From IMG/VR virus record IMGVR_UViG_3300033513_000001, positions 25,431 through 89,430 of that record: DNA of 64,000 nucleotides. One strand, given 5' to 3'. Both the position numbers and the translations under genes were made by a program. The notes under the pieces were generated by a model, which saw only the letters and a program-made list of their open reading frames with translations, searched no databases and had not been told where the DNA came from. Shown here one piece after another: positions 7,652 through 19,561 of the stretch. Within the stretch, counting starts at the first letter, position 1, and every line of letters starts with the position of its first letter. Source of the DNA: a virus (Duplodnaviria; Caudoviricetes).

Positions 7652-10551
7652 CCGTCAGGATACAACTCTTGCTGGAAGACAAGCAGGGGGCGCAAGCCGC
7701 GTTAGCCAAGATTCGGTCCGACGTTGACGCGGTGGGCGCTACGTCGGTCAAGTCTGGACAGGTCGCGGCGCAGGGGCTTGGACAAGTCGGGAATGCGGCG
7801 GCCCAAGCCAAGCCGCAGGTGGACGCGCTCAACGAGTCGCTGGAAAAGGCGGTTCAGTCTGCGAAGGTTGCCCCAACCGTTCCAGCACAAGCCGCTGCGG
7901 GTCAACAGCCTACCAACGCCATACAGCGCATGGAGGCTCTGAAAATTGAGGCCCGCGCCGCTCTGGAAGCCGCAACCGCACACAAGCAAGTCGCCGTCGC
8001 AACGGTTCAGGACGCACAAGCCACCAACCAAGACACGCAAGCCACGCAGACATCGGTCAGGGTAGAGGAAGAACTAAACGCTACTCTGGCCCAAAGAATC
8101 AACCTGTTCAACCAGATGCGCCAGCAAGGAGTCTCGCCTAAAGACGCCGCTGCGTTCTTGGGTGTTCCCGCTGAAACCCTCCAGCGGGCCGTTCCATCAG
8201 CGCAACCCGTAGAGTCAGCGGTTCAAAGATTGGCGCGGCAGAAGCAAGAGGCGATTGAGGGCTTGCGAGCGGCAGGAGTCGGAGCGGGCAGAACGACTGG
8301 GGCTGGTTTCGTTCCCCCAGTTGGCGATGTTCTACGTGCAGGCGAGGGGATGTCGGTAAAGGAAGCCGAGAAGTTCAACCAGTTGGTTGCTCAAGGCGTC
8401 CCTGGGATTGAGGCCGCCCAACAAGCCATGTCGGGATTGGGACAGCAGACCAAAGGCGTCACCGGTGGTCTGCGCGGTATGCACGGCGCTTACATCGCTA
8501 TCTTCTCCATCATGCGCCTCGGCATGGAACTGCAAACGGCGGGCGCTGCGCTCCAAACCGACATCAACACCAAGCAAGCCACGTACCTCAAAGCCGCTGG
8601 ACAGTTCAGCCCACTGGCGAGGGCATGGAACGAGCAACTGGCGAACGTGGAACGCGCCAACGCCAGAATCGGGGAAATCATCACTGAGCAACAGTTGCCT
8701 GCCATGAAGGAACAGGCAGCCCAAGCGCAACTTCTCTCAGACATCTATGCGCGTCATCCCGCGCTGTCTAGGGCGCAAGTCGGGGCGGGGCAAGTCTTGA
8801 CTGGCGCAGGCGGGATACTGCAATACGGCTCGCAGATGGCTATGCTGGCGCTGAGTTTGCAGCAACTCAGCCACAGCGGGATGCTTGGCGCGGGCGGCAT
8901 ATTCGGAGCAGGCGGGCTAAGAGGACTAGCTGGAACAACTGGTCTTGCGACTGCGGGAGCAGGCGCGGGAGTCATGGGAACTGGCGCACTCGGACTTTTG
9001 ACAAATCCTGTGACGGCTGGCATTGCTACTGGCGCTATTGCTAATCAGTTTATGCCAACTATTAGAACAGGAGCACGTGGCGTAGATATTGGAATGGGTG
9101 CGACCATCGGGGCAGAACTGGGCAAGTTTGACTTTGACAAGGCCGCTGCGCTTGTACAACGATGGGCACTTGCACATTTGGCGGGCCAGAACGCTGCCGA
9201 TAAATACTTTACTGCCATATCCGAGGGCAAAGGCTGGATTGACGCAGCAACCGCCGCTGAGATGAGACTTGCTATGGCGCGCAAGGAAGGTGTTACAGAG
9301 ATTGACACCTTGAAAATGAAGGCTACTTGGTCGCAGGGTGTCACGGCCTACGTGGATTACCAGAAGCAATTGACCGACCTAGACCAGCAGACTTCTGACC
9401 AGCGCACCAAAATCAACAAGGACTACTCCGACAAGGAAAGTGAAATCCGCTCAAAGTATGGTCAGGACTGGCTTGCCATAACGTCGGACTCCATCAAACA
9501 GCAGAAGCGAGAGGATTCTGACCTCGCCTTCAACCGCGCCAAGCAAGCAAGGGACTTTGAAAAGAGCGAAACTGAAACCACTCAAGACTACTATGCCGAC
9601 AGGCTCAAGGCCGCGCAGGACTTTGGCGAGGAAGAAGTCAACAACGAGCGCAAGCACCAGCGCGAGATGGCGAACATGGAGCAAGACCACCAGTTGCGAA
9701 TGGAGGAGTTTGTCGCAACGGGTGATGCGCTAGGCGCGTTCAGGGAGATGCGGAACTATGAGGTCAAGCGCCAGCAGGCGGAAGCGACCTACGCCGATGA
9801 AACCGAGACGCGCAGCAAAGACCTCGGCAAGCGTCTGGCCGAGATGGACGCCGACTTTGCCAAAGAGCGGGAGAGGCGCAAGGAACACTTTGACCAGCAA
9901 ATCAAAGACCAAGATGAGGTTCTGGCTAGGCAGAGAGCGCAAGACGCACAGGATTTGAAAGACCGCTTGAAGGCGCTTGACGATGAGCGCACAGCATCGT
10001 TGACAAAACTGGAAGAGAACAAGAACGCCGCACTTGGCGAGCTTGACGACACCGCCACGAAGGAGAGGGAGAAAATCACAGGGACTTTCAACGACCTGAT
10101 GAACGACCTCGGCATACAGACCGATGCGGCCAAGAAAAAGTACCAAGCCTACTTTGACATGATGGGCCTACAATTCGAGAACTACATCGGCAGGGTCGGG
10201 GCGGCTATATCTGGCCTGCCTGGGTTTGAGCAAATGGCGGGCCTAGCGCCAGCGCAGAGGTTGGCGGACATCTCCAAGAAAAAAGAACAGGACATGACCA
10301 CGCCAGAAGGGTTGCCCATTCAACAAAAAACGTCGCCGAGAGGGTATCCGGGTGTGGGCGTGGGCAGACAGCCAGTGCAGCCTCAAGCCGTTGGCGGGAC
10401 ACAGCCACAAAGCGTCAGGACAGAAACAAATTTCAATGTGAACATCACAGTGGACGGGAGCTTGTCTGACTCTGAGATGGCAACCATCCAATCCCAGACG
10501 CGACAGACGATTGACGATGTGATTCGGACACACAGGACAGGGCCGTACTGA
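7621..10551 (+). CDS. Tape measure protein
   Basis: 976 aa Ala/Gln/Gly-rich helical protein with hydrophobic middle and coiled-coil C-half, directly after chaperone. Confidence 0.85.
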   Translation: MAGKATERILTVRIQLLLEDKQGAQAALAKIRSDVDAVGATSVKSGQVAAQGLGQVGNAAAQAKPQVDALNESLEKAVQSAKVAPTVPAQAAAGQQPTNAIQRMEALKIEARAALEAATAHKQVAVATVQDAQATNQDTQATQTSVRVEEELNATLAQRINLFNQMRQQGVSPKDAAAFLGVPAETLQRAVPSAQPVESAVQRLARQKQEAIEGLRAAGVGAGRTTGAGFVPPVGDVLRAGEGMSVKEAEKFNQLVAQGVPGIEAAQQAMSGLGQQTKGVTGGLRGMHGAYIAIFSIMRLGMELQTAGAALQTDINTKQATYLKAAGQFSPLARAWNEQLANVERANARIGEIITEQQLPAMKEQAAQAQLLSDIYARHPALSRAQVGAGQVLTGAGGILQYGSQMAMLALSLQQLSHSGMLGAGGIFGAGGLRGLAGTTGLATAGAGAGVMGTGALGLLTNPVTAGIATGAIANQFMPTIRTGARGVDIGMGATIGAELGKFDFDKAAALVQRWALAHLAGQNAADKYFTAISEGKGWIDAATAAEMRLAMARKEGVTEIDTLKMKATWSQGVTAYVDYQKQLTDLDQQTSDQRTKINKDYSDKESEIRSKYGQDWLAITSDSIKQQKREDSDLAFNRAKQARDFEKSETETTQDYYADRLKAAQDFGEEEVNNERKHQREMANMEQDHQLRMEEFVATGDALGAFREMRNYEVKRQQAEATYADETETRSKDLGKRLAEMDADFAKERERRKEHFDQQIKDQDEVLARQRAQDAQDLKDRLKALDDERTASLTKLEENKNAALGELDDTATKEREKITGTFNDLMNDLGIQTDAAKKKYQAYFDMMGLQFENYIGRVGAAISGLPGFEQMAGLAPAQRLADISKKKEQDMTTPEGLPIQQKTSPRGYPGVGVGRQPVQPQAVGGTQPQSVRTETNFNVNITVDGSLSDSEMATIQSQTRQTIDDVIRTHRTGPY

Positions 10552-11162
10552 TGACTACTCTTTACCAACTTGGGCCGACCAATTCACTGCTTTACAGCAC
10601 CGACACGCTGTTTGGTGTTGAGAGCCTAGCCAGCACGCCGTCACCCGGAAGCGAGTTCGTGGAGAACATGGCGGGTGGCATTACGGTTGAGGGCTACCGC
10701 CGAACGGTGTGGAAGTTCGGCTTCATGGCCGTGACAATCTATCATCGCCTACTGGCAACTGTCCTGTCCAGCGCGGGTACAGGGACGGTGGACATCACAA
10801 CCACCACGGCGCTTGAGGGAGGCGGGACAGCGTTCACTACGCAACTCGTCGTTGACGCCGATATATGGGTTGCGCCCACAGGCGGGTTTGACAACATCGG
10901 CATTATCTATTCCATCACCGACGCGGATAGTGCTGTCATGGCGGCGGCTTGGGCAAACACCCTGAACACGCAGGCTTTCCGCTATCGCCTACCGACAACC
11001 TATTCCAGCACTTGCGTTGTCGTCACCCGCAGCGATGTTGACAACTTCCGTAAGTGGAATGCCGTCATCAGGATGCCGAACCCGAAGGACTTGAAGCGGT
11101 GGGGCGGTGACTATGAGGACGTGGTTCTGGATTTCGTGTTGACGAGTCTGAACGTGTCATAG
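10551..11162 (+). CDS. Putative distal tail protein
   Basis: Translationally coupled to tape measure; ~200 aa. Confidence 0.55.
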   Translation: MTTLYQLGPTNSLLYSTDTLFGVESLASTPSPGSEFVENMAGGITVEGYRRTVWKFGFMAVTIYHRLLATVLSSAGTGTVDITTTTALEGGGTAFTTQLVVDADIWVAPTGGFDNIGIIYSITDADSAVMAAAWANTLNTQAFRYRLPTTYSSTCVVVTRSDVDNFRKWNAVIRMPNPKDLKRWGGDYEDVVLDFVLTSLNVS

Positions 11163-11177
11163 CGGGATGGAGAAAAG

Positions 11178-14100
11178 ATGAACCTTGCCCCTTCCCGCGT
11201 CGGTGTCCTTTTCTCACCCAGCACACCTATCTGGACAGGGACAATCTCTGCCTACGTTGGAGCGGATACCTTTCGCCTGACCGTCGCCACGGTGACGGGC
11301 AGTTTGGCCGACCTGTCGGCGGGCCTCGCCGTTTACACCAGCGACGGCAGGCTGGTTAGAATCAAGTCCGTCAACGCGGGTAGCAACTATATCTATGTCG
11401 CGGAGAACAGCCTGTCCACTGTGGCGGGCGGTGGGTTCGTGCTTGGCACAACCCTCTCGGTCTACAACTTGCGCCTCCCCTTCCCCAAATACCAGCGCGT
11501 GATGACCAATGTGGCGACTGTCACAGGCGATGCCTATTCCCTGATTACCGACCTCAAGTTGTTTTCCGAGACGACACTTGACTCTACCTACTGGTGGGAT
11601 GTCTATGCCAATTCGGGCAACTGGCATCTCCAAATCTACAATGACAGCACCCGCGACCCGGAAACTCTCGTTGCGCGCTCAACTGTCATCCCTTCTACCG
11701 GGTCAGGCTGGCGGTACAGCATAAAAGAGAAGAACGACAGCGGTTTGTCAGGCGGGGTGACGCTGACATTTTCAGGTGCATCGCCCACAGCCGATGATGG
11801 CACTATCACCGTTGCCGCTTACCAAGTAAGAAAAGACTATGACATCACTTGGGCTAGTCTTGGCGCGAACGACGCGGCACGCAACAATGCCGAGCAAGGG
11901 CCGATAGCCATTGTCTACCCAGAGACGGCCAAGCTGGACTTGAATGAGGTCGCCACATTCGATGCAAGCGGCTCGTTCGCCACTTACTACGGCGCAGACC
12001 ACCGAGCGCCCAACCCCGATGACCCCGCCACGATTCCAGCGGGGGGCTATGAGTGGGTCTTGGGAACAGGCGGCGTGTTCGACAGCGGTGAGGATACCTC
12101 TGTCATCACTTGCCATTTCACCACAGCGGGTTTCCGCTACATCTCCCTGACCGTCACCGACGACAACTCCGTCTCTCAAGTTCGTTACATCCCCGTCTGG
12201 GTTGGCATGACGCCAGAGACGAACTTCCTGAGCGGCAGTATGTCGTTTGAGATTGGAACGAGTTACCGCGCTCGACTGACCATGTATATGCCTACCGAGC
12301 CGTTCCGCTACGCGCTGGTGTTGTTAGTAGACTTGGATAATGACGCACCTCTGTTTCTCGGTTGGATTTGGCCGCATGAGGCGGAGTACGACTTTGAGAA
12401 GCGCATCGCCTCATTTGAGGTTTGGCCGACTCTGGCGTTTCTGCAGAACGTGTCCGCACGCCCATTTGAGTTGTATGGGCAGAAAGGCGATGCTCAAAGT
12501 TGGGACTATTTTGATATGCTGTCCGTCCCGCGCATCGCCTATTTCCTCTTGCGCTGGCACTCGACGGCGCTGGAACTGTGCAACTTCAAATTCAACGTGG
12601 TCACGGCCTCAGTCCCGACAGCGGCAGCGGCAGACACGCCTTTGCAGTACATCCGAGACGTGACGGCGGGCAGCATTGGTGAGCAACTGAGCGTTATGGC
12701 CGCTTCTCCCTTTCTGGCGCTGTACGGCCATGCGCTTGGCGACATCGAGGCTGTGCTTGACCCGATTTACGCCGCCGACATCACCACGCCCTACGACACG
12801 CAGACGCTTGACCTGACCTTGCCCAACGTAGCCGTGAAGGTCAGGCATACTCTGACCACGCCGACGGTCAACGAGGCGAGGTTGGGCGGGTGGTACTACG
12901 ATGGCTCAAACTACTATCCCATCGTCGTGCAATCGCCCACGCGCCCCGGCAATTGGGGCAAGCCGAAGGATGACCAGAACTTTGTCGTGTCCACAGTCTC
13001 GGAACTGGTGACGCGGGCAGGGCGCTACATCGGAGCGGAGAACTACGGCGACATCTACGGCTTCCGTTGCCTGAGCCACATTGACCTCAAGACCTACAAG
13101 TTGGTGGACTATCCTGCTGACCTGTTCACTTCTGCAACTCGCATGATTATCAGGAAGCTGGACTTGACCTTTGATGTGTCCAAGTCGCTGTGGGTTGAGA
13201 CGCTGGAAGCCAAGACGTTTGGGCTGACAGAACTGGCGGGACAGGAACAGGAAACAGGAATGGATCCAAGCCCACCGCCAGAATCGCCGTCAACGCCCGT
13301 CACTCCAACAAATCTAATCGCAACAGCAATCTCCAACACCCAGATTGAACTGGATTGGAGCGCATCGGGCGATTCCCACACCTTCATTCAGATTTGGCGT
13401 AGCCCGGATGGGACAACTTACGCCAACATTGCTACTGTGCCTGTCACAGAAACGACCTATTACGATTCGGGCCTGAGTCCAGCCACGCCGTATTGGTACA
13501 AGGTGATTGCGTTCAACAACATAACCTTTTTGTTTTCCAGTTTTTCCAATGTGGCGACAGCCACGACGACCAACTTCACAGACCCAACCAACCTGTTTGC
13601 GATTGCCATTGATGCAACGCACGTCACAATTGACTGGTCATCCACCAGCACGGGTGTCACGGCGTTCTGCGTCGAGCGCGGTACAGATGGGGTGGGTTTC
13701 GCGCAGATAGCCACAACAGATGATTTGGTGATGACTTACGCCGATTCGGGCCTGACAACGGACGTGGCTTATTACTACCGCGTCCGCGCAACAAACGGCG
13801 TAGGTGCATTCTCTGGCTACTCCAACGTCTCAAGCGCCACTCCATCAGGCTTCCTTGCGCCCATCTTGAGTACGAACAACTCAACCACGACAACCGTTGA
13901 CTTGATTTGGGATGACCGCACCTCGGACGAAGAACACTTTGAGATTCAGCGCAAGCAGACGGGTTCGTGGGCGACGGTTCAGACGACGCTGGCTGATGTA
14001 GTGACTTGGCAGGACACGCTACTGACGCCAACGAACCTGTATTACTACCGTGCAAGGGCAACCAAGACAGGCGTCAATTCGGCGTGGTCAAACACTGTTG

Positions 14101-15278
14101 CGGTTGTGACGATGAACTCGCCTACGGTGTTGACGGCGACGGCGATTTCCACAACGGCGATTGACTTAGGATGGACGGATAATAGCGCAAATGAGACAGG
14201 CTTCCAGATTGAGCGCGGACTTAGCGAGTGGGGCTACTTTACCATCATTGATACGGTTGGGGTTGGCGTAGTGGTGTACCATGACACGGGGCTAACACCT
14301 GATACAACCTACTACTATCGCGTTTGCGCCACTCACGCGCTTGGAAATTCGGGTTATTCCAATGTAGCCCACGCAATCACAACATTGCTACTTGCCCCCT
14401 CTGGCCTAACGGCGTCAGCAGTATCCAACATTGAGATTGACTTGTCGTGGACGAACAACGAGGGAACTGCTACGCTCAATCTGATTGAGCGCAGTCCAGA
14501 TGGCATCACATTTGCCCAGATAGACAGTGTGGACGGAGGCGATGCTACCTATAATGACACCACCTGTATTGCTAACACACAATACTGGTATCAAGTGCGC
14601 TGTACAGACGGGGTTACGCACTCTGATTACTCAAACGTCGCAGACGCAACGACGGAACCAACCTTCCCAGTAACGGGGATTCTGGACACATTCTCTGGCG
14701 GAGATCAGGGCCCGCCTCCCGACGCGGATTGGGTGACTCCGGCTGCGCGTGATGGGTGCGTTACCAAAGATGGTCAAATGCAGCCTGACCCCGCCGGAGG
14801 TCTGGACGGCGGCGCGGTATGGAATCACGGCATCGGAGCATACTCCGAAGTCTATGCAACGACTGCTCACGTTCAGGATATGACTGGCGTAGTTGGCACG
14901 GTAGACGTGCTCCTCCTTGCCTGCAATTTGGCAAACCACGATCCGCTGGCCGACAACGGTTACTACCTACGAGTGTATTACACAGCTGGCTCAGGATTCT
15001 CTGTACAACTCTGCGATGACGTGAGTTCATGCGGGGTTGAAAGTTCCTACTTTACACTTGGCGAAGGCGATGAGATTGGATTCTCATACAGAGACGATGG
15101 GTACTTGCGGGCCTATCGCCGTCCTTCTGGTGGGTCTTGGGTAATGATTCTCAAGCAAGCGACATTCGATGTGCATGGTGCTGGTGATTTGGGCGTGTGG
15201 ATATACCGAGTGCAAATCGGTGCGCCATTTTTCTCCTGTGTTTATCTAGACAACTTTGGTGGAGGCACAATCCCGTGA
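11178..15278 (+). CDS. Tail tip/baseplate protein with PKD-like domain and five FN3 repeats
   Basis: FDASGS...YEW...G...ISLTVTD PKD-like motif; five PTNL-x-A...L-x-W...Y-Y-x-V-x-A...SN FN3 repeats. Confidence 0.8.
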   Translation: MNLAPSRVGVLFSPSTPIWTGTISAYVGADTFRLTVATVTGSLADLSAGLAVYTSDGRLVRIKSVNAGSNYIYVAENSLSTVAGGGFVLGTTLSVYNLRLPFPKYQRVMTNVATVTGDAYSLITDLKLFSETTLDSTYWWDVYANSGNWHLQIYNDSTRDPETLVARSTVIPSTGSGWRYSIKEKNDSGLSGGVTLTFSGASPTADDGTITVAAYQVRKDYDITWASLGANDAARNNAEQGPIAIVYPETAKLDLNEVATFDASGSFATYYGADHRAPNPDDPATIPAGGYEWVLGTGGVFDSGEDTSVITCHFTTAGFRYISLTVTDDNSVSQVRYIPVWVGMTPETNFLSGSMSFEIGTSYRARLTMYMPTEPFRYALVLLVDLDNDAPLFLGWIWPHEAEYDFEKRIASFEVWPTLAFLQNVSARPFELYGQKGDAQSWDYFDMLSVPRIAYFLLRWHSTALELCNFKFNVVTASVPTAAAADTPLQYIRDVTAGSIGEQLSVMAASPFLALYGHALGDIEAVLDPIYAADITTPYDTQTLDLTLPNVAVKVRHTLTTPTVNEARLGGWYYDGSNYYPIVVQSPTRPGNWGKPKDDQNFVVSTVSELVTRAGRYIGAENYGDIYGFRCLSHIDLKTYKLVDYPADLFTSATRMIIRKLDLTFDVSKSLWVETLEAKTFGLTELAGQEQETGMDPSPPPESPSTPVTPTNLIATAISNTQIELDWSASGDSHTFIQIWRSPDGTTYANIATVPVTETTYYDSGLSPATPYWYKVIAFNNITFLFSSFSNVATATTTNFTDPTNLFAIAIDATHVTIDWSSTSTGVTAFCVERGTDGVGFAQIATTDDLVMTYADSGLTTDVAYYYRVRATNGVGAFSGYSNVSSATPSGFLAPILSTNNSTTTTVDLIWDDRTSDEEHFEIQRKQTGSWATVQTTLADVVTWQDTLLTPTNLYYYRARATKTGVNSAWSNTVAVVTMNSPTVLTATAISTTAIDLGWTDNSANETGFQIERGLSEWGYFTIIDTVGVGVVVYHDTGLTPDTTYYYRVCATHALGNSGYSNVAHAITTLLLAPSGLTASAVSNIEIDLSWTNNEGTATLNLIERSPDGITFAQIDSVDGGDATYNDTTCIANTQYWYQVRCTDGVTHSDYSNVADATTEPTFPVTGILDTFSGGDQGPPPDADWVTPAARDGCVTKDGQMQPDPAGGLDGGAVWNHGIGAYSEVYATTAHVQDMTGVVGTVDVLLLACNLANHDPLADNGYYLRVYYTAGSGFSVQLCDDVSSCGVESSYFTLGEGDEIGFSYRDDGYLRAYRRPSGGSWVMILKQATFDVHGAGDLGVWIYRVQIGAPFFSCVYLDNFGGGTIP

Positions 15279-16471
15279 GCCTCTCCTCCGTTCTCGACCA
15301 ATACCAGCAACTCGGCTACCGCGAGTTTGGGACGCTTGGGCATCCCAACGGGAGCCTCGCCGTCTCTGGGCGGCCTGGCTGGTACTACGTCACCTTCCCG
15401 AAGGGCGCAACGGGCGATGTGGACGTGGGCCAGTTCCCCGGCGGCATCGGCCTAGAGCGCGGCATGACTGTTGCCATCGTGCGTGACCCGTACACAGGCC
15501 AGCGCGTCATCAGTTCGTCTACAGCGGGGGGCGCTACACCCATTGGCGGCACAGCGGGCGGGGGCGGCATGACGCTTGCCGCACACGCCGCGACACACGG
15601 CAAGGACGGAAGCGACCCTGTTGCAACCTATCTCAGCCAAACGCTCGACTTCCGCGCCGTGCCGCAGACCGCCTTGACCGTCTACGTCTACGGCGGCGTG
15701 ATACTGTTGGCGGGTGTTTTGACTCTAGTCGCCGCGCAGACGATTGACCTGACCGCCTACAAGCCGCCTTCTGGCTCTGGCGCTTGCTACGTCCTTGTCT
15801 ACTTCAACACAGCGGGCACGATTCAGGCGACGGCGGGTACTACGGTGTCGAGTCGCGGCCTGTTGACAATGGCCGATGTTCCCGCGATTCCTTCCGGCTG
15901 CCTCGCAAGCGCAGCGGTCATCTTGGTGGCGAGCAACACCACAGTCATGGACACGCCCGCCCGACGCGACATTGTGGACTTGCGCTTTGCTGGCTCGGCT
16001 TCGCACAATCTTCTGAGCGGAACGCACGGTGACACGCTGACGGCGAGCGTTGTGGACGGCGACATTATCATCGGCAACGTCACGCCGAAGTGGTCAAGGC
16101 TGGCTATTTCAATTCCAGCAGCGGGAACGCTCAACTATCTCGGCATCAACAACGGCGAGTTGAGGCCAAGTTGGAAATCGGCCAGCGCAGCGCCAGGTGT
16201 GGCGGCCTCTGTCCTGCAAAGTGACACAGCGGGAAGCCTGACTCTTGGCGGCATCGTCTACTCCAAGCAAGCGGCGGCGGCAGGAATCTCGCTTGACCAC
16301 AACAGCGCAACGGGCAATTTCACGCTGTCGCTCAGTCCGTCAAACCTGACAGCGAACCGTCGGGCAACGTTCCCAAACTACACAGGCGGGGTTGAACTTG
16401 TCCCGATTGAGTCCGCAACCGAACCTGCCGCCCCGCTGTTCGCGGGGATGCTGTGGCTGGATACGTCTTGA
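15275..16471 (+). CDS. Minor tail protein
   Basis: GTG 15275 overlaps upstream TGA, GGAGG at 15261; beta-rich G/A/T composition; ends LWLDTS like fibre anchor motifs. Confidence 0.6.
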   Translation: MSLSSVLDQYQQLGYREFGTLGHPNGSLAVSGRPGWYYVTFPKGATGDVDVGQFPGGIGLERGMTVAIVRDPYTGQRVISSSTAGGATPIGGTAGGGGMTLAAHAATHGKDGSDPVATYLSQTLDFRAVPQTALTVYVYGGVILLAGVLTLVAAQTIDLTAYKPPSGSGACYVLVYFNTAGTIQATAGTTVSSRGLLTMADVPAIPSGCLASAAVILVASNTTVMDTPARRDIVDLRFAGSASHNLLSGTHGDTLTASVVDGDIIIGNVTPKWSRLAISIPAAGTLNYLGINNGELRPSWKSASAAPGVAASVLQSDTAGSLTLGGIVYSKQAAAAGISLDHNSATGNFTLSLSPSNLTANRRATFPNYTGGVELVPIESATEPAAPLFAGMLWLDTS

Positions 16472-16480
16472 GGGGGCGTA

Positions 16481-19400
16481 ATGGAGGATTTTTCTGTCTG
16501 CGTCATAGCGCGTAATGAGGAGCGCGGTCTGGGGCGCCTGCTAAAGTCTCTGGCGGGCGTCAAGGATATTGTCGTCTTGGACACAGGCTCCACTGACCGA
16601 ACGGTGGAAATCGCCAAGTCCTACGGTTGCAACATCGTCTCTGTGGGCGACCGCTTCCGCTACAAGGCAACCCAAGCGCAGGTAGACGAGTGGCAAGCCC
16701 GCTTTGGGTGGAAGCCTGCTTTTGACACGCAAGGCAGTTACTTCCACTTTGCTGATGCGCGTAACTATTGCGCCTCGTTCGCCAAGAACGATTGGGTGTT
16801 CTGTCCCGACGGTGACGAGGAGATGCGATGGGACTTGGCGAAAGTGCGCGAGGTCATCCAACACGAAGACCATCTTGTGTACAGATTCGCCTATGCCCAC
16901 AACCCGGATGGGACGCCCGCATTGGAGTTCACGCAATGCAAATTCTTCCGACGCAGCAAGTTTCACTGGACAAAATGGGTGCATGAAGTTGAAGGGCCAC
17001 TACCGGGGCAGAATCCAAAGCCCCCATTCTACTGCGACTTTATCTATCACCATCATTGGCAAAATCCGACAACGGCGCGGGCCAATTATTTGCCGGGCCT
17101 TGAGCTGTCCGTCTTGGGAAATTTTGACGATGACCGCAACGTGTTCTACTTGGGCCGCGAGTATATGTGGTTGGGCCGATGGGACGAAGCCATTTTCATG
17201 TTCAAGCACGCGCTTGAAATCCAAACTTGGCTGGCAGAGCGCGGAGAAGCGTGGCATTTCATCGGAAACTGCTATCGTACTCAAGGCAAGAACAGCGAGG
17301 CTATCGAGGCTTACCATCACTCAATGATGGAAGACGACTCGCGCCGAGAGGCATTTTTCGCCCTAGCCTCTCTCTACGATGACGCGCAACAACTTGAGCG
17401 GGCCATTGTCTATTATCAGGCAGCGATGGCGATTCCCTACAGTCCGCACGGCTATCTCAACGACATGAAGTTGTTTGGCGCGACCATCCCTGACCGACTG
17501 GCCTTTGCCCATCACCGCTTGGGCCACTATGAGGAGAGCAAGAAGTGGTGGCTGGAGGCGATGGCCCACAACCCCGATGAGCGCATTCTGAGCAACTTCC
17601 GATTCTATTATGGCTACAGCCCGCCGCTGGTTTCCATTGTCGTGCCGACAGTCCGACCCGATGGGTTCAGGCGTCTTGAGGAGTCTATCAAGAGGAACAC
17701 CCTCTACCCCAACTGGGAAATCGTCAAGGTGGATGGCGAGGGAACGGCCATTGAGAAATTCAACAAGGGTGTGGAACAGGCGAAGGGCGACTTTATCGTG
17801 TTTCTTGCCGACGACACTGAGGTTTGCTATGGCTGGCTCGTTCAGGCATACACCTGCTTCAAAGAGCACTTTGACAACAGGGGATTGGTTGTTCTGAACG
17901 AAGGCTATTGGCGCGGGGCTATGGCTAACCATTTCTTTTGCAGTAAGAATATCCGCGATGAGTTGGATGGAGAGATATGGCACGGCGGCTACCATCACGT
18001 TGGAGCCGACAATGAACTCAGTCAGCGCCTTAAGCAAAAGCGGCTCATTGCCTACGCCCCGAATGCCAAAATCATCCATCACCATCCCTGGACGCAAACT
18101 GATGGGACACCGCCTGCACCGAATGATGAATACTACGAGCGCATCTACAAGCATCTTGAGGCTGACCGCCAATTGCTGTGTGACCGACAAAGGGCGCTAA
18201 AGTTTGGCCCGAAAATCGCGGCCTTCTGCACGACCAACAACAACGCGGACATCATTGAGGAGTTCGTCAGAGAGAGTCTGAAGTACGTGGCGGAAGTCTA
18301 TATCTCCGACAACGGCTCAACGGATGGAACGGCTGAGATTGCCCGCGCCGATGGCGCTCGTGTCCGAGACTCCGGCCTCGTCCACAACGACGAGGACTAC
18401 AATGAGGGCGCAACCAAGCAAAAGGCGCTTGACTTTGCAATGGCGAGCGATTGCGACTGGTTCCTGTACTTGGACTCCGACGAGATACTTGAGGAACGAG
18501 CGGCAACGATATTGCCCCATCTCATCAACGACTTGCGCTATGACTCCTACGGCATGGCAGTTCCAACCTTCTGGCTGGACAGGGTTCACTACCGCGTGGA
18601 TGGGGACTTTGCCATGTACATCAACCATCCCTACCCGACCAAGCTGTTCAATCGGCAGTCGGGCATTCAGATGACCGACCCGCCAAAGGGACAACACTCA
18701 CGCCCACAGGTCAAGAACGCACTCAGGCACACCGACTGCGACTTGATGGTAAAGCATTACTCATTCCCAGACCGAGAAACAGCCCTGCGTAAGTACAACC
18801 GCTACCGCAAGGCTGACCCAGATAGCGTGATGTCCCGAAGCGTACCGCACTATGAGCACATCCACCCAGACTATTCGGGCGTGAAACTGGAATCTTGGGG
18901 GCAATTCTATCCCGCTTTGAATGAGATTGTCCGACAAGACGACCTTGTGTTTGACATCGGAGCCAACGCAGGCAACTGGACACGCATTTTCAAGAGTCTC
19001 GGCGCTAGAGTGGTATCCGTTGAGCCAAACCCCGAAGCGGCTGACAGCATCACGAATGACGTTGTAGTGCGTAAGGCGTGTACAGACCGGGCGAACGGTA
19101 CGCTGAGTTTATGCCTGCCTAACGACCACGACCTCAGCGTGTTGGCAACGATTCTGCCAGAGCGTGCCCATTGCAATTTCTACCACGCTGCCTTTGACCA
19201 GAACAAGACCATTCAAGTCCCAACGACCACGCTGGACGAATTGATTGAGCAATACGGAGTCCCGAAGCACATCAAGGTTGATGTCGAGGGAGCCGAAGTC
19301 CAAGTCCTGAAGGGGCTTTCCTGCCCTGTCCAGTGGCTATCCTTTGAGATTCTGGGAATGCAACCAGATTGGAACGAGCCTTTTGATTTGATTGAGAAAC

Positions 19401-19561
19401 TTGGCGAGTACCAGTTCAACATCACGTCCGGTCTTGACAGCGGCCCAGAGGATTGGAAGTTCCTTACCGAGTGGGGTAGCAAGGAATCCATTGAGAAATA
19501 CTTTCAGAGCATCGCCAAGCCGACAAGTTACTTCAATGTGTACTGTAGGAGAGCGACCTGA
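16481..19561 (+). CDS. Multidomain glycosyltransferase: GT2-TPR-GT2-GT2-FkbM-type methyltransferase
   Basis: [23 protein letters not shown]; TPR-like helices; VSIVVPT/FLADD; [17 protein letters not shown]; [24 protein letters not shown]. Confidence 0.9.
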   Translation: MEDFSVCVIARNEERGLGRLLKSLAGVKDIVVLDTGSTDRTVEIAKSYGCNIVSVGDRFRYKATQAQVDEWQARFGWKPAFDTQGSYFHFADARNYCASFAKNDWVFCPDGDEEMRWDLAKVREVIQHEDHLVYRFAYAHNPDGTPALEFTQCKFFRRSKFHWTKWVHEVEGPLPGQNPKPPFYCDFIYHHHWQNPTTARANYLPGLELSVLGNFDDDRNVFYLGREYMWLGRWDEAIFMFKHALEIQTWLAERGEAWHFIGNCYRTQGKNSEAIEAYHHSMMEDDSRREAFFALASLYDDAQQLERAIVYYQAAMAIPYSPHGYLNDMKLFGATIPDRLAFAHHRLGHYEESKKWWLEAMAHNPDERILSNFRFYYGYSPPLVSIVVPTVRPDGFRRLEESIKRNTLYPNWEIVKVDGEGTAIEKFNKGVEQAKGDFIVFLADDTEVCYGWLVQAYTCFKEHFDNRGLVVLNEGYWRGAMANHFFCSKNIRDELDGEIWHGGYHHVGADNELSQRLKQKRLIAYAPNAKIIHHHPWTQTDGTPPAPNDEYYERIYKHLEADRQLLCDRQRALKFGPKIAAFCTTNNNADIIEEFVRESLKYVAEVYISDNGSTDGTAEIARADGARVRDSGLVHNDEDYNEGATKQKALDFAMASDCDWFLYLDSDEILEERAATILPHLINDLRYDSYGMAVPTFWLDRVHYRVDGDFAMYINHPYPTKLFNRQSGIQMTDPPKGQHSRPQVKNALRHTDCDLMVKHYSFPDRETALRKYNRYRKADPDSVMSRSVPHYEHIHPDYSGVKLESWGQFYPALNEIVRQDDLVFDIGANAGNWTRIFKSLGARVVSVEPNPEAADSITNDVVVRKACTDRANGTLSLCLPNDHDLSVLATILPERAHCNFYHAAFDQNKTIQVPTTTLDELIEQYGVPKHIKVDVEGAEVQVLKGLSCPVQWLSFEILGMQPDWNEPFDLIEKLGEYQFNITSGLDSGPEDWKFLTEWGSKESIEKYFQSIAKPTSYFNVYCRRAT

